Shown here one piece after another: positions 41,099 to 55,100 of a stretch of DNA of 64,000 nucleotides. The notes under the pieces were generated by a model that was given only the letters and a program-made list of their open reading frames with translations, was not told where the DNA came from and did not search any database. How positions within the stretch are numbered: the first letter of the stretch is position 1; each line of letters opens with the position of its first letter. The position numbers and the translations under genes are program-made. This DNA comes from Eledone cirrhosa (taxonomy: Eukaryota): assembly GCA_964016885.1 (NCBI GenBank), contig OZ024743.1, positions 215,760,001-215,824,000 on the forward strand, written 5' to 3'.

Positions 41099-43404
41099 TT
41101 AGCAGAGGCATAGTACCCGTCAGAAATAAAGGGGTTTATGATAAAGAAATTATATATTTGAATTAATAATACCTTGATTACAACATTCTTTATTGATTTT
41201 ATCCTCAATTTTATCTGCCTCTACCCCTCGTTCACTCTTCATTAAACTTATGTACATCTACACTGGTATGAAATTAATTACATACTTTTCATTCCTTATT
41301 TTCCCTCAAACATGTACCGATAGAATTACGATGGGTTACTTTGTGTCTCTCCTTTCTCTTTTGATTCTCTCTTTTCCTCCCCCCTCTAGAAATATATGAG
41401 AGGGAGGGGTGTTTTAATACACGTGGCAAGGATTTACATTGAATCATGTACGAAATGCTCAAGCAAAGGAAATTGTTTATACCTTTGAAGTGATTAATCC
41501 AGGCCTAGTATTGGTCAGTCAAGCAAGCGAGAAATCACAGATAGCTCTTTTTGTTGTTGTTTTGCCGTTTCGGAGATACTTCTTTCTTCTTGGATGCTAA
41601 GACTAGAGGCTGTGGGTCCATGTACTCCACAATAATTATATTTTTCTGCCCCAAAATATAAAAAAAACACAAATCTTTTGTAAATGTTATATAGAACCAG
41701 ATGTGAGAGATAGATATAGATATAGATATTGGGAGTGTTTGGTGGTAATTTATATAGAGAGGAATGTTGAGAGAGTGTATTGTATATTAGATATAGAGAG
41801 GGTGAGAGTTGTGTCGTAATGTATAGAGTGGGAGGATTGATAGTGTTAGGTATTGATAGATATAGAGAGAGGGAGAGTATGGTATTGATGGATAGAGACA
41901 GGATGAGGGAGAGAGTGTGTTATATGGTAGATATACAACGGGGGATATTTTGATGGTAATTGATACAGTGAGGGGTTGGGGAGAGTGTATTGTATAGTAG
42001 ATATAGAGAGTTGTAAAGATTAAAGTTTATTTGTATAGAGAGTGGTATTGGATTTGTATTGAGAGTAGTATTGAAAGAGATTTCCGTCTAGTAGACATAG
42101 AGAGGGGGAGATTTTGGTGTAAATTGATATAGAGAGGTTGATTGGAAGAGTATTCGTGTAGTATATATAGAGAGGGGGAGAGTTTGCGTTAATTGATATA
42201 GAGATTGGGATTGGAAGAGGGATCCCTATAGTAGATGAAGAGGGGGAGATAGTTTGGAGTTAATTGTTATAGAACGGGTAATTAGGGAGTATGTTACAGT
42301 AGAGAAGAGGAGAGTTTGGTGGTAATGAATAGAGTGAGAGGATTGATAGAGATAGGTATAGATATATATAGAGAGGGGAAGAGTTTAGTTGTGATATATA
42401 GAGTGAGAGGGAATGAGAGAGAGTGTTGTATGGTAGATATAGATGGGGGATAGTGTGATGATAACTGATATAGAGAGGGGTTTGGGGAGAGTGTGTTGTG
42501 CATCAGATATAGAGATGGGGAGAGTTTGGTATTGATTGACATAGAGAGGGTGATTGGAATAGAGCACCGTGTAGTAGTTATAATGACGGTGAGAATTTGG
42601 TGGTTGTAGATATTGAGAGAGGTATAATTATAATGGGAGAGTTTCCTGTAGTAGATATACAAAGGGTGAGAGCTTAGGGGTGATTGATATACAGAGGGTG
42701 ATTGGGAGAAATAATTGTACATATTTATAGATAGTGAGAGACGTGGAGTCTTTGGGGGCAAATAATAGGAGAGGTGTCAATAATGGGGGATGCTTGGGGA
42801 ATCAGTAATTGTATAGTGTAAGTTCTTATAATTTCTTGTAATGTTCTTCTTTTGTCATATATAATATTTGTTTTTAATGTAAATACACTTATTACTGGAT
42901 TCTCCATCTGCTGTATCAATATAAATCATAATCTATAAAGCTCAGTATGTGGTCATGCTCCTTTCTTATAGAAATCTACGATATAGAATTTCTTCAATTG
43001 AAATTTACAATTCAGTATTCGAAATAGCTTCGATTGCGTCTTGGCACAGATAATTTTTTCAATTTCACCCACAATTACGCAAAAAATAGATAAAACTCAA
43101 TATTTTACGATTTTTCTCTGTCATTTAAACTGCTAAACTCTTTCCACTACCATTCAAAATCTATACAACTTCATACTTGCTGCTACTTTCTCTTTCCAAG
43201 CTTGATGGTGATACTGTCCGTTTTACTCTCTCATATCATCTGCTTTCCTCTAACTACAACCCACACATTTTGCTACTTTCTCTTTTATACAGATACATTT
43301 ATTCAACAACAAGCGATAAATCTTTTTTAAAACCTCTTTTCCAAACGCATACAAACACACACTCACTTCAACAACAACAACAATCTGCCTTTTATAGATA
43401 ATGA
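41099..43404 (-). mobile_element. Non-autonomous Helitron
   Basis: ATCTGCCTTTTATAGATAATGATA at 43383-43406 is identical to the 5' end of the Helitron at about 25529-25552. Decayed 3' hairpin plus CTAA at about 41099-41138. Confidence 0.65.
41700..42800. repeat. Degenerate purine-rich minisatellite (GATATAGAGAGGG..GAGAGTTTGGTGGTAATT units)
   Basis: Recurrent motif about every 30/60 bp. Confidence 0.75.
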
Positions 43405-43413
43405 TAAACAATA

Positions 43414-43782
43414 ATATCCTCTATGAGGTCACTAAATCTGCTAGAAACAGTAGCTAACTCTCCCCCATACCACAGCCCTCCCTAATGTCTTAAATTTAGA
43501 AAACATATCTTCTATGAGGTCACTAAACCTGCTAGAAACCGCAGCTAACTCTCCCCATAGCACACCACTCCCTACTGTCTTAAATTTAGAAAACACATAT
43601 CCTCTATGAGGTTACTAAACCTGCTATAAACAGCAGCTAACTCTCCCCCATATCACACCACTCCCTACTGTCTTAAATTTAGAAAACACATATCCTCTAT
43701 GAGGTCACTAAACCTGCTAGAAACAACAGCTAACTCGCCCTCATATCACAACCGTCCCTACTGTCTTAAATTTAGAAAACAC
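43414..43782 (+). repeat. Four tandem copies of about 92 bp
   Basis: CTATGAGG at 43421, 43512, 43604 and 43697. Confidence 0.92.
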
Positions 43783-44040
43783 AGAGACAACCATGCAGAA
43801 CAACTCCATCGCAGCTCTGTTATTCGGCTGGCATCGTCTACGCGCGTGTTGCGCAAGTACTGTGAAACAATAAATTTCAACACTTTTTTGAACGGAGATA
43901 ATATCCATAGGCGAAACTACAATTGTCACTGCTGGCGCAGCTCCTGCTTCCGGGTCTGCAATTCATCCACCCAGTGCCTGGCAGACAAAAAAGTGCTGCC
44001 ATAAAATGGGTGGTGCAACCTAACTTTGGTAAGTTAATGA

Positions 44041-44069
44041 CCCCGAGCAACGCCGCGCTTTAATGCTAG
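44041..44069 (+). mobile_element. Helitron 3' terminus
   Basis: CCCGAGCAACGCCGCG hairpin plus CTAG|T, matching the 3' end of the 22329 Helitron. Confidence 0.75.
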
Positions 44070-44899
44070 TCAATTATAAGAACATTTCGATGGAGATAAA
44101 TTGGCGAAAGTTGATAAGCGTGTGGGTGGGGGGAAATCTGACAAATAAGTGACCGGCGGGTGGGGACGATTATTCAAGAATGAAAGCTCAATACAGAAGT
44201 AGACTTTAAATGTTCATTTATTATGACTAAACCTTGTTACACCGGAGTCACACCTGCGTACTCACCAGACACTATTGGTGAACATGTGGGTGCGCAGGGG
44301 AAACTTTAGAGTAACAAAGTTCACCCATAGCCATAATGAATATATATATATATATATATAAAAGAATAGAGGTGTAACGCACGAGTTATATATTGGTAAA
44401 AGGAAAAGAAAATGCTGACAAATTGTTCCCAGTGAAAAATAGTTTAATTAGTAATAAGTAAAAATGAGTAATAGTATTGGTTATTAATCAGTTTGGTTTT
44501 AAGTTTTACCGGTTGCGCATTTCTAATCCTTTTCAAAAATAATTTTGAGATAGAGCGCCCGTGAAGTTTGCTCTAATCTGATTAGTTTGGGAAATTCTAC
44601 CTATTTTATGTTAAAAAAAGAGGCTCCAGATGTATGAAAACATTATTGTGGTCAAAACAATTTTGATTGGTCGGTAGAGGTCATGTGAGTATTAAAAATT
44701 GATTTGCGCCAAATGTAGGTTTGTCTCGGATGATTGAGAAGTCACTGAAAAATAAGTCTTTCAAGACAAATATGCGCGTGTGTGTGTGTGTGTGTGTGTG
44801 TGTAGTAGTAGTAGTAGTAAAGAGGTTCGTTGTTGTGATAATGGTCAGCAGGGATGTGTGTGCGAACCGCAGCCTGTTGACAGTTCAAATGCCTATTAA

Positions 44900-45008
<109 letters not shown>

Positions 45009-45676
45009 CAGAGTAATTCGTGGTAGAGGGATGGTCAGTAGGAATGTGTCTGTACGTGTGTGGGGGATATTTTAACATGTTAAATGATATTTTTCAGCTC
45101 TTGTCTTATACGGAGAATTGTGTGCGTGTGTGTGTATATATATATGTCTCTTTGTATGTTAATGTACGCGTGGGTATGTGTGTGTGTATATATGTGTGTG
45201 TGTATATGTGTGTGTGTGAGAATGTGTGTGTGTGTGGGTGGACCAGTATTTTTGTGATACTGGTAAAAATGGTGTACATTATTCGATATTTTCAGTAAAA
45301 ACGATTCTCTCAATAGAACATCAAAAACCTTAATAATAATAGGTGTGAAATGATATATAATATTGGCATAATACCAAGGTGTGTGTGAGAGTCCAGATTG
45401 TACGTACTGCAATGGGAATTCATTAGGCCTTGCCGTATTGGAATACTTGTGTACAAATATGTATGTGCCCATTAGTGTGCAATGCATGTGTGCGTTTACG
45501 TATTTGTGTGTGTCGGCACGTTTATATCTATAGACATCAAAAGGTATGTACATTTGTGTATATTTGTGTTGCACCATAGAACATGTATATTTACGTATGT
45601 CATTCTGTTTATATGTGTATAGAGATGTAAGCTGATGTAGGTATGTTTGTTGACGTGTGTATATTGTGGATTCGTC

Positions 45677-46503
45677 TTAGGGAGAAGTGTTTAGATGGGG
45701 TCCGTATTTGTTAATAAAGTGAGATTCCTTGCTGATGCGCTGGGTGTGGGTGGCATTATCTTTAAATTTGTAGAGGGGAAACATTCTGAAGTTGGGATGA
45801 TTTGGGGCTGCACAAGTATCAATGTGTTCACTCAGTGGTATTTTCCTGTATTCCCGTATTTTAATTTGGGATCTACGGACAGTCATGCGTTGGCGGAGGC
45901 TGGTTTTGGTCTGGCCTATGTATTGTTCTCGACAACCTGAGCAAGTTAATACATATATTAGATTTTCTGATGCGCATGTGAAATTGTGTTTTACTATAAA
46001 ATGTTGTCCTTCTCTGAAATAGAATTCCGAACCCTCTATTATGTTGATGCATATCCCACAGTTGGGTCTATCGAATTTTTTTACTGTGGGTTTCGTTGTT
46101 GTGGTTGGCAGTACTTTGGCATGTGTTAGGATGTTATTCATTGACTTATATTGTCTTTTGCTCTTTATGATATCGTGTGTTCGTAGGATTTGGTTCATTC
46201 TATGGTCCTTTTTCAACACAGGGATGTTCTGGAGAATGGTGTCAAAGGCTTCATTGTTGAGGGGGTTGTGTGTGGAGATGTATGGAAGAGCTTTTAATTT
46301 CAGTTGATTTACTTTAGGGTGTCTAAGGTCCTGGGTACTGAGTTTTAGGGCACGTTGGATTCCATTGCCAATTAGTGATGCAGGGTAGTCCCTGCCTATG
46401 AGTGTGTCATTTAGTTCTTGCAGCTGTAAGTAGCAGGTGTTTTTATTGGAGACTATAGTACATATTCTCTTGGCTAAGTTGTAGGGAATATTTCCTTTTA
46501 CCA

Positions 46504-46504
<1 letters not shown>
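45677..46504 (-). mobile_element. Penelope-like element 3' fragment with open GIY-YIG domain
   Basis: NIPYNLAKRICTIVS, RDYP, RPNCGICINI, FTCASENLIYVLTCSGCREQYIGQTKTSLRQRM..ESHFI. The ORF's N-terminal extension runs through (TA)n and is spurious. Confidence 0.9.
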
Positions 46505-46547
<43 letters not shown>

Positions 46548-47299
46548 TGGAATTGGTGCTCTGAAATAGCGATATATATATATATATTTATATATATACA
46601 GGAGATGAATACATTGGGTATAATAGCAGTTTTTTTAGCAAAAGAAATGTCACAGAGCATAATTCTTTTAAAATTATATATTAACAGGGGCCTTGAAATG
46701 CCTCCTCCAATAATTATATTTTCTCGCGAAACTACCAAAACACACATCTCTTTGGTTATGTGCTACAAATTACGTACATCTTATTTTTCTCACATATCGA
46801 AATTTTCTGACCATTTTAGAGTGCAAAGAGATAAACTAATCACTCCCACTAAATTGTCTAAACCTGCCCCCCGTTCCTTTCAGAAATGCTGCCACTGGTC
46901 CTGAAGACGAATATAATCTAAAATATCATAGGTTTTACGCGTATGAACTTCGGCTAAGGAAACTCAGTTGCATTAGTGCAAAAGCTGTTGATCAATGAGT
47001 GGAAGTAATGATCTTAAATAGTGTGACCGACTGGCAACTGGGGCTGCACATTTAATCATATACGAATGTTCTTATATAAATTAATATGTTGTAGTCTCGC
47101 TATGAAATTTTAGAAACGTTGATTAACTTACCACTGGACTTTAGCACACAAGAAATGAAGTAACCAATGTGTGCACCATGATGTAAGATTAAATGTCAGG
47201 TTCTGGTACTCAGAACATTCCATAGACTATACATTAAAACATTTCCATTAAATGCTTATCCCACATTGGCTGTATTTTTTTAAGATTATAACCCTCTTA

Positions 47300-48300
47300 A
47301 TAATTGCTTGTATTTGCCTATTTTTCTCCAAGACGTCATACCTTGACATATGTTTGAATACCAAGTAGAGCGATCCGAGTTGATACTTTCCCGGTTAGAT
47401 TCCAATGTATCCTCGAACTGTTTCTTTGATTTACTCTGTTTCCATTTTCCTTAAACATGTTCCGCATAAAACAGTTCCTTATGAATACGCTTATCAGCCA
47501 TGCGGAGAGCATATGTAGAAAACCACAGATGCTTTTTAAAAATTGTTACCTTGATGGAACATATACTTGATGCAGCTAGAACCTCTGCGTTGGGAGTGAA
47601 TAAATGCCATTTTATTTCTAGAATATGGCGTAAGTATGTTTGATGCAATCGGTCCTTGAATATCAAGTGATATTTGTAGAACGTCTAAGTTTCAGAAGGA
47701 TATATGAATAGAAATGTTTTTGTTTTATTATTCACATATGAAACCCGAAACTCGAAAAGAAAAAAGGATATTTCTCCCTTTTGAATCCTTAAATACATTT
47801 CTAAATTCAATTTTCCATCTTTGTTCACTGCACTCCAAATGTATATAAAGGATTACACAACCTTTTACATATTTCTTATTTTGGTGCACAACCCGATCAA
47901 GTGGATGTTGACACAAAACTACAGTTTCCTTTAAATTTATAAGTAAGCCAAAGATTTCACAAGCCGGCATGGTAGGAGCGTACACACTTAACATTGGGAG
48001 GTATCCGACTTTTTTCAGATCTAGACAAGATAAAATACGTTCTAAGGAAGAACTGGGTTATTTTCCAAAAGATGAGATGGGGGTTTTTCTAACAGCCAAG
48101 CCAAGACTTAAGTATAACATTTGACCTGATACAACTTTTCACAAGTAGGTGTAACCAAGCTGACTTTCATGAAGTTGACTATATCTATGCAGGCTTGTTT
48201 CAGAGAGAGATACTATATCTGATGAATATCTTTTCAAAAGAGTTTGTCTCTCTGGTCTAAGAATAAAATTGTCTCCCGATAGAGTCCGATCATTCCAAAA
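47300..48300 (-). mobile_element. RTE-clade LINE derivative with large internal deletion
   Basis: APE endonuclease motif SVYAPT is fused to RT C-terminal ACEIFGLLINLKET, followed by LRHILEIKW..NAEVL..RMADKRIHKELFYAE. Confidence 0.7.
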
Positions 48301-48664
48301 AACAATTCACATATTTTGCGTAACCTTTCTTGTGTTGTCGATGGACAACAGTTGTGGGATAAAGGACGGACCCAGCCAGGAATTCGCCGGATAACTTTAC
48401 TCGTGGAGAAACATTATTCATCTAGTTTTAACGATTCTCAAAATGATGTAGCGTTTTATCTCCTAGGTACAATAGAAGTAATAAACAAAATTAAACACGA
48501 TTCAGCAATGAGACCCGATATATTCCCACTAGAGTTCTGCAAAAATCTCAACATGCGATTTCGGTGAACTCTGGACAATTTCTATTTCAGTCTCAATTTT
48601 CAAAACTGAAACCAGCAAATACTAAAGAATTACCGACCACTAAAGAATTACCGAGCAATTAGCT

Positions 48665-49420
48665 TAAGGAGAGTAAGGAGAGCAAGGAGTTCAAATAGAG
48701 CAAGGAGAGTAAGGCGAGAAAGAAGAGCCAGCAGAGTAAGGTGATTAAGGAGAGCAAGGAGATTAAGGAGAGTAAGGAGAGCAAGGAGAGTAAGGAGAGC
48801 AAGGATGGAAAGGAGAGCTAGGAGAGTAAGGAGTATAAGGAGAGAGAGGGGAGAATGGAGAACAATGCATGTGATGAGTTTGATGAGATAAAGGCGATAG
48901 CACGGATCGTCAAGTGAGAGAGTAGGATAATGAGAGTTAGAGCTAGGAGGGAAAGGAGAGCAATTAGGGTAAGGAGAGTAAGGAGAGCAACGAGATCATA
49001 GATAAGATGTAGGTAAGGAGAGCAAGGAGGAAAGTGGGGTAACAGCTAGGAGAGTAAAGAAGGCAATATCAGTAAGGGGTGTAAGGAGAGTAAGGAGAGA
49101 AAGGAGATTAAGGACAGTCAGGCGGGTAGGGAGGTGAGGATGGTAAAAACAGGTGGCTAAGGAGAGAAATGGGAGTATGGAGTGTGAGCAGATTAAGGTG
49201 AGCAATGAGAGCAAGGAACGTAAGGAGTGCATGTAGGTTAAGAGAGCAAGGAGGGTAATGAAGGTAAGGAGAGCAGGCAGGGTAAGGAGAACAAAGAGGA
49301 TAAGGAGAGCAATGCGGTTGAGGGTTGTGAGGAGAGAAAGGCAAAGAAGGAGAGCAAGAAGGGCATGAAGAATAAGGAGGGTAAATGATGCAAGGAAACC
49401 AAGAAGAGTAAAGAATGAAT
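48665..49420. repeat. Degenerate 9-mer minisatellite (AAGGAGAGY)n
   Basis: Direct reading; purity declines to the right. Confidence 0.85.
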
Positions 49421-49842
49421 GATGGGGATATTAGGAGGTTAGAAAATAATTTTGTATGGTCTTGAATTTGTTTAAACTGTCCTTATTTTTCTCATCTTTA
49501 TTCATCGGAGGTACAACGTTTCAGCTCACAGAGCTGGGAATGCACTCGTTGTGCTGCCAGTTGCTATACACGACTACGAGGAGATCTGAGAAGTCTGGAA
49601 TATCTAGATAGAATTCATAGAGCAGGAGAGCAAGATGAGTAAGACCGGTTAGTAGATTAGGGCAACTTGATTTCTCCGAACTATGTTAACTCCTGAAAAC
49701 AACTCAGCGTCAATAAGTGGACTGACTCCTCCGATTTAAAAGGATTTGTTAGTTGTGGAAGACACCATCCTTTCATCAGCATAATGCGAAGTTCATGTAA
49801 AATATTTAAGTAGAAATAATCCTTTCGAAAATATATTCCTAC

Positions 49843-51161
49843 ATCTCTATATATATAAAACAGAGGATGTCTATCTCTCCGTGTAAATCAACAAAACTGG
49901 AGAAGTACCTGACCGATTTCTTTCAAACGTTACACATGCGTTACTTATAATTTCGTGAAGTGCAATGGGCTACATTTTAACTTTTTTCTGCCTTGAAAAC
50001 CGCATTTTTTAGGCATAACTTAAAGATAATCCTGCCTATTTCCACGAAATTTCCAGCACACATTAGTTACTCCCATCCCATTGCTGTGGGGTAAAAAAGA
50101 TTCCGATTCCATTAATGGTTTCTAAGAAATTTACGAATTAGTATTGGGCATTACATGCCATTTTCATTTTCAATGTAAACGCTACTTAAACATCGTAAGT
50201 AGTGTATAATATTTCGTTAAAAATTTGGTTTATTTAACAGAGGACGCAACAATTACTTAATGTTAAGCAGAACCATTTTTGGAGGATTGAGTAAATGAGG
50301 AGGACCTTAACATTTTTGTCGGCGCCCTGTTGACGCTTCGTGCTTTCATCATCCGCAAATGCGGTCCTTGTGTATGTTGCCGTGTTATTGACACCGTAAA
50401 GCTCACGTCTGTGCTACTTCTACTAAGACACATTTTGTTGCACCTACACCGCAGTAGCCGAACAGCAGTTATGTTAATTCCGCGGTGACCCCTTTTGTTG
50501 CACCTTTGTTGCTGTGTAAACGCAGTGCAACCAGTACCTTCCAGTGTCTGTGCTAATTGCACTATGACCCCCTTCTGCTGCAGCTGCGTTGCCACGCTGA
50601 TTTAGTCATCTCAATATTCATATTTAAACGTCCATCCATTGAAATTGTTGATGGTGACCCCAATAGTAATTCCGAAGCGTTCGGCATCCGATATGATAGT
50701 ACGGTCTATATCAGATTGGGTAGATTTACGAAGAGGCTATGGTCTCCTGTGGAGAAGGCCCAACTGTGCGGTTGGATGTCTTACTCAAGCTTTGCAGGAT
50801 TTACTCTGTACAGTATGCATGAGGGTGCAATAGACATGACTGATGATGTCTGTCCGCGGACTGGGTGCGAATCTATAAAACTCGAAAAGTACCTAACCGA
50901 TTTTCTCCAAATGGAAGAAAAGTCATACTCTAAGATTTAGTACGCTTAAAGAGTATCCAGCTGATTTTGTTCAGTCTTTGCACATGCATGCGGATGTTTC
51001 ATGATTCAGGCCTGCTGTTGTTCTACGTTTCCAGTAGATGAACAATCATTCCCCGAGAATAAGAGAATTCAAAAAATACACAGCTATATTCCTCAATCTT
51101 TGCATATGCGTGTTGCTATTTCACGTGTCCTACCCCGTGCAACGCCGGGTCCTGCTGACAG
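49843..51161 (+). mobile_element. Non-autonomous Helitron
   Basis: 5' A|TCTCTATATATATAAAA..GACCGATTTCTTTCAAAC. 3' hairpin CCCGTGCAACGCCGGG with degenerate CTAG. Confidence 0.7.
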
Positions 51162-51455
51162 TATATTATAATACTGTTATTGGATCAGAGCTAACAAGTG
51201 ACAAAAGAACCTTAGCAACATTGCTAGGGTTTTACATTAGAGGGTGTTAAATATCAGGTATATACATTTCTATATTTCCATGAAAACACAGGTACATACG
51301 CACATACGTGCACTTATACAGGAGAATAACATACTTATCTATATACATTTTGAAGATAGCGAAAGACGAAGAGAATGTCATATAGTTATAAATAGAAGGA
51401 GAGAGATTGATCAATAATATTAAACTGAAAGTAGCAATTTTCATATTCATAAACT

Positions 51456-51668
51456 CAAAGCCGTCGAAACAGCTTGAGCTCTGCCGTCGGGTCATATATT
51501 TTCCTGGCTATTTCTGGACAGCTATTTCTAGTCCAGAAATAGCCGTCGAAACTGCTTGATCTCTGCCGTCATTTTCATACATTTTCCTATCGCCCACTCT
51601 ACTATCCTAAGTATTGAGTACTCTGGTGCGTTATGATCCATCTGGTTCCTTACCACAATTCCTTCGTT
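51456..51668 (+). mobile_element. pLTR fragment(s) of the 13141/15462 PLE family
   Basis: GCCGTCGAAACAGCTTGAGCTCTGCCGTC duplicated, with tail GGTTCCTTACCACAA.TCCTTCGT(TA)n. Confidence 0.8.
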
Positions 51669-52087
51669 ATATATATATATATATACACACACTCATACTG
51701 ACATGTGTGTATGTGTATCTAGTGTGTTAATGTATGATTTCAGAGTTAAAATACATCACATTTTCAAACAAATATAAAAACGGAAACACATGCATGCCCA
51801 TCACATGCATAGAGACATACATGCCAAGGCCTTTGCAGAGCGCATGACGTGCCTGTACTCACTCCGTGCGCAGATGGAGTGATACGCAAACAGAAACAGA
51901 CATAGCTTCATATAGAGATATGGTGAAAATTAGATCGATAGTTGTGTGTAAGTTTATGTGTTTGAATCATATTTATGAATGTATATATAAATGTATATAC
52001 TATATATACCTGTGTGTGTCTGTGTGTGGGTGTATGTTTGTGTGTGTGTGTGATTTATATTTATGAATGTATATATACAAATGTATA

Positions 52088-52132
<45 letters not shown>

Positions 52133-55100
52133 TATTTATGTGTGTGTGCTTGTCTGTGTGTGTGAGTATGTGAGTGGGTGTATATGTGTGTGCGTGTGTG
52201 TGTATGTATGGGTCTGTTTGTGCGTGTGTGTATTCTGTATAGAGTTATTGAGAGTTACGCATATATAGCCATATATACATATTTATATATGTCGCCATAA
52301 TATATATTGTCATGTGTTTGATGATCTACAACTTAAAAGCTTTGATCTAAGACCCTACTTCAGCTTCAATCAAATAATCGATATTCTCTCCCGGGCACAA
52401 AAGAAACATATAGTGCAGAAGGTAGGTGGAATGTATTCGATTGGTCTTTGAGCACGGTAATTAGCTGCTACCAAAATCTTTCTGTTTATGCATTCTCACA
52501 TCTACTGAAAATATACTGCTGCCTTATAGAAAATCCATTTCAAACATATATATTATGAATACTTGCTAAATCTACCATTCACGTTCACCATTTTGTTTTT
52601 GGTTCTTTTGTTTTTGATTTTTCGAGTCTCTCATTACCTACAAACCTGGCATTTTTTTTAATCATAGCTACATTTTGAACTTACTGTAGGTTTACTTAGA
52701 AACACACACTTGTTGACAAACGCACACCTTAACTTGTAGAAACTCTCATATATATATATATGAGAGTTTGAGAATGAGAGATTGCATACGTGTATATTAA
52801 TATTTCCTTTGATGCATAACCGGTTTATGCGTCTACGTACATTTCCATCAATATTATACCTCATTATCACATGTTTAGTAATTATCCAGTATTTGGAAGA
52901 CATCATTCCACAACTGACGTATTTCGGTATATTCGCGTAGTATTCTTTATTCGTTACAATTTGAGAAAGCGTTAAATGGTCATAGATGTGTCTCTAGAAT
53001 ATAAATTTAGAAAACGCCGGCATGTCTGAAGAATATCAGCTGGAAGGAACTATATTATTTATGGCACTTGAAATCTTTTACATTGTGAAGTTTTGAAATC
53101 AGAATTCACTAAGAAAGGAAAAAGAAGAATGAATGATAATACGAGATCAGAATAATCTAGTCTTCACTTACTTGAATCAGGAATTGTTACAGTAAATTGT
53201 TTTGCATTGAAGAGTACACAGAATTTAGAACCATTCCTAAAATTATGACGAATTATGAACCACGTGTTGCTTAAAATGTTAATGTATATATAGCTACGCC
53301 ATACTCATAAATACCGGATTAGCAAACGCCAATAAGGCTCTCTTCACGAATGCGATTATCGTTCAAGTAGAGAACTTTCAACACTGTACAACAAATAAAA
53401 TTCAACATTTACTTTACTTTCTTTTTTATTTGAGATTATGGCTTTCGAACTATTAAATTAAAACTTCTGTGCCTGATCCATGAGAGGTGTCGCTCAGATT
53501 TACTTAAATTTTTAAATACATCATTTATAGCTAGTTTTAAGCAAAATAAAAATTACGCTTCAGAATATCTGAAGAGTTCAAAACCTGCGATCTTCATTGG
53601 TGGCATATTCCAGCTGCATATGAATTACACGTTATACAAATATAAAGCACGGATTTTTATATTTTAATCGATAGAGGGATTTTTCTTTGCATCTTGGTAG
53701 TTATGAACATGTATGTAAATTATCCTCAGAATAGAAATCTGAAACGATTATTTTCAACATTGTGATTAGAGCTAAATAAATCTACAGCTGAAACTAATAC
53801 ACACACGCATGATTGCGATTGTGAATATCAACTATCACCAGAGTTTAATAGATATAGTAATAACGCACTATAACAAATTTTGTCGCATATTAAATATTGA
53901 AAGCCAGTTTTTATTCAGGTAATCCCTCTTACTAAAGTTATCCACTGAAAAGCACGCTTTTTCATTTTATAGCGATATTTGCAGTTAAACCCACCAACGT
54001 TTCCTGATGAAAAACTCGCAAATTTTACAAAGTTTTAAACACTCTGTGGTTAGCATTAACCGTGTCGAAATAATAACTATGTTGACGGATTCATACAATG
54101 ATAAAATACCCTGGCTAGTGTTATAAACAATCGCCAGGCGTTTGCAGGATAATAACATATAGGTAGTTATTTGGTAATTTTTCATTGTGTACATGCATAA
54201 TTTCCTACATCGTATATGCAAAACCAATGATTCTTGGAAAATTAAACATTACAAACATATTATCACGCACGCACACTCACACACACACACGCACACGAAC
54301 ACGCACACACACACACGCACACACATACACACACATTTAAGTATATATAAACGGATGACGGACAAACACATGATTTCACGCGTATTGTAGCTATTTAAAG
54401 CTAGCCCACGCAAGAGACTCAAAATGTCTGTCTGTGTGACGCGTGTAGACAGACAAAACAAAACAAAACACCAGCAGTAGTGTGTCCGCTCTGGTCTGCG
54501 ACAGACAGAAATGTCACAGAATCCTATTCTGACGGAAGTAGCATCAGCAGGCTAGATCACAGTGGAGGGAGCAGCAGTTTTAAAAGTACTGGGGGAGAGT
54601 GGCGAGAAAAATATATAAAGAGATTAAGAGTTAACTGTCCCTAGCACCGGTTTTCGTCGATCATATATATGTAACAGTAAATGTGGGATATGGATGAGAT
54701 TTAATCGCATTATAAAAGTATATGTCAGTATATCTATAATAGTTAATTTATTAAATTTGCTACGTGATAGAGACAGACACCATCAATTTAAATGTAAATG
54801 CAGCATATAACACAGAGGGTTGGCATTAAAAGATGAAATAAGATGGATGTATATATATATGAATGTATAGATTGGTATTTTCCACTTCTTTGTTAAATAT
54901 TTACCATTGATAAATATATATCTATAGGCAATATATTTACTTAAATATGCATGTACATATCAACAGTTATTGTACATGACTATATATCTGTTATTCAAGC
55001 TATCTACTATTTTTACATCATCATCAATCAGTTTTTATCAGTGACAAAAAGTGTATATAAAATGCCGTACTGTAAACAATTTGCATTGACAATCACGAAT

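Noticed and set aside
44500-44770. GAAA-TGCGCA and TTGAAAA half motifs on the minus strand
   Set aside because: The halves do not assemble into one fold; at most decayed remnants.
46505-46747. N-terminal part of the 356-aa ORF
   Set aside because: Chance read-through across TA repeats upstream of a truncated PLE.
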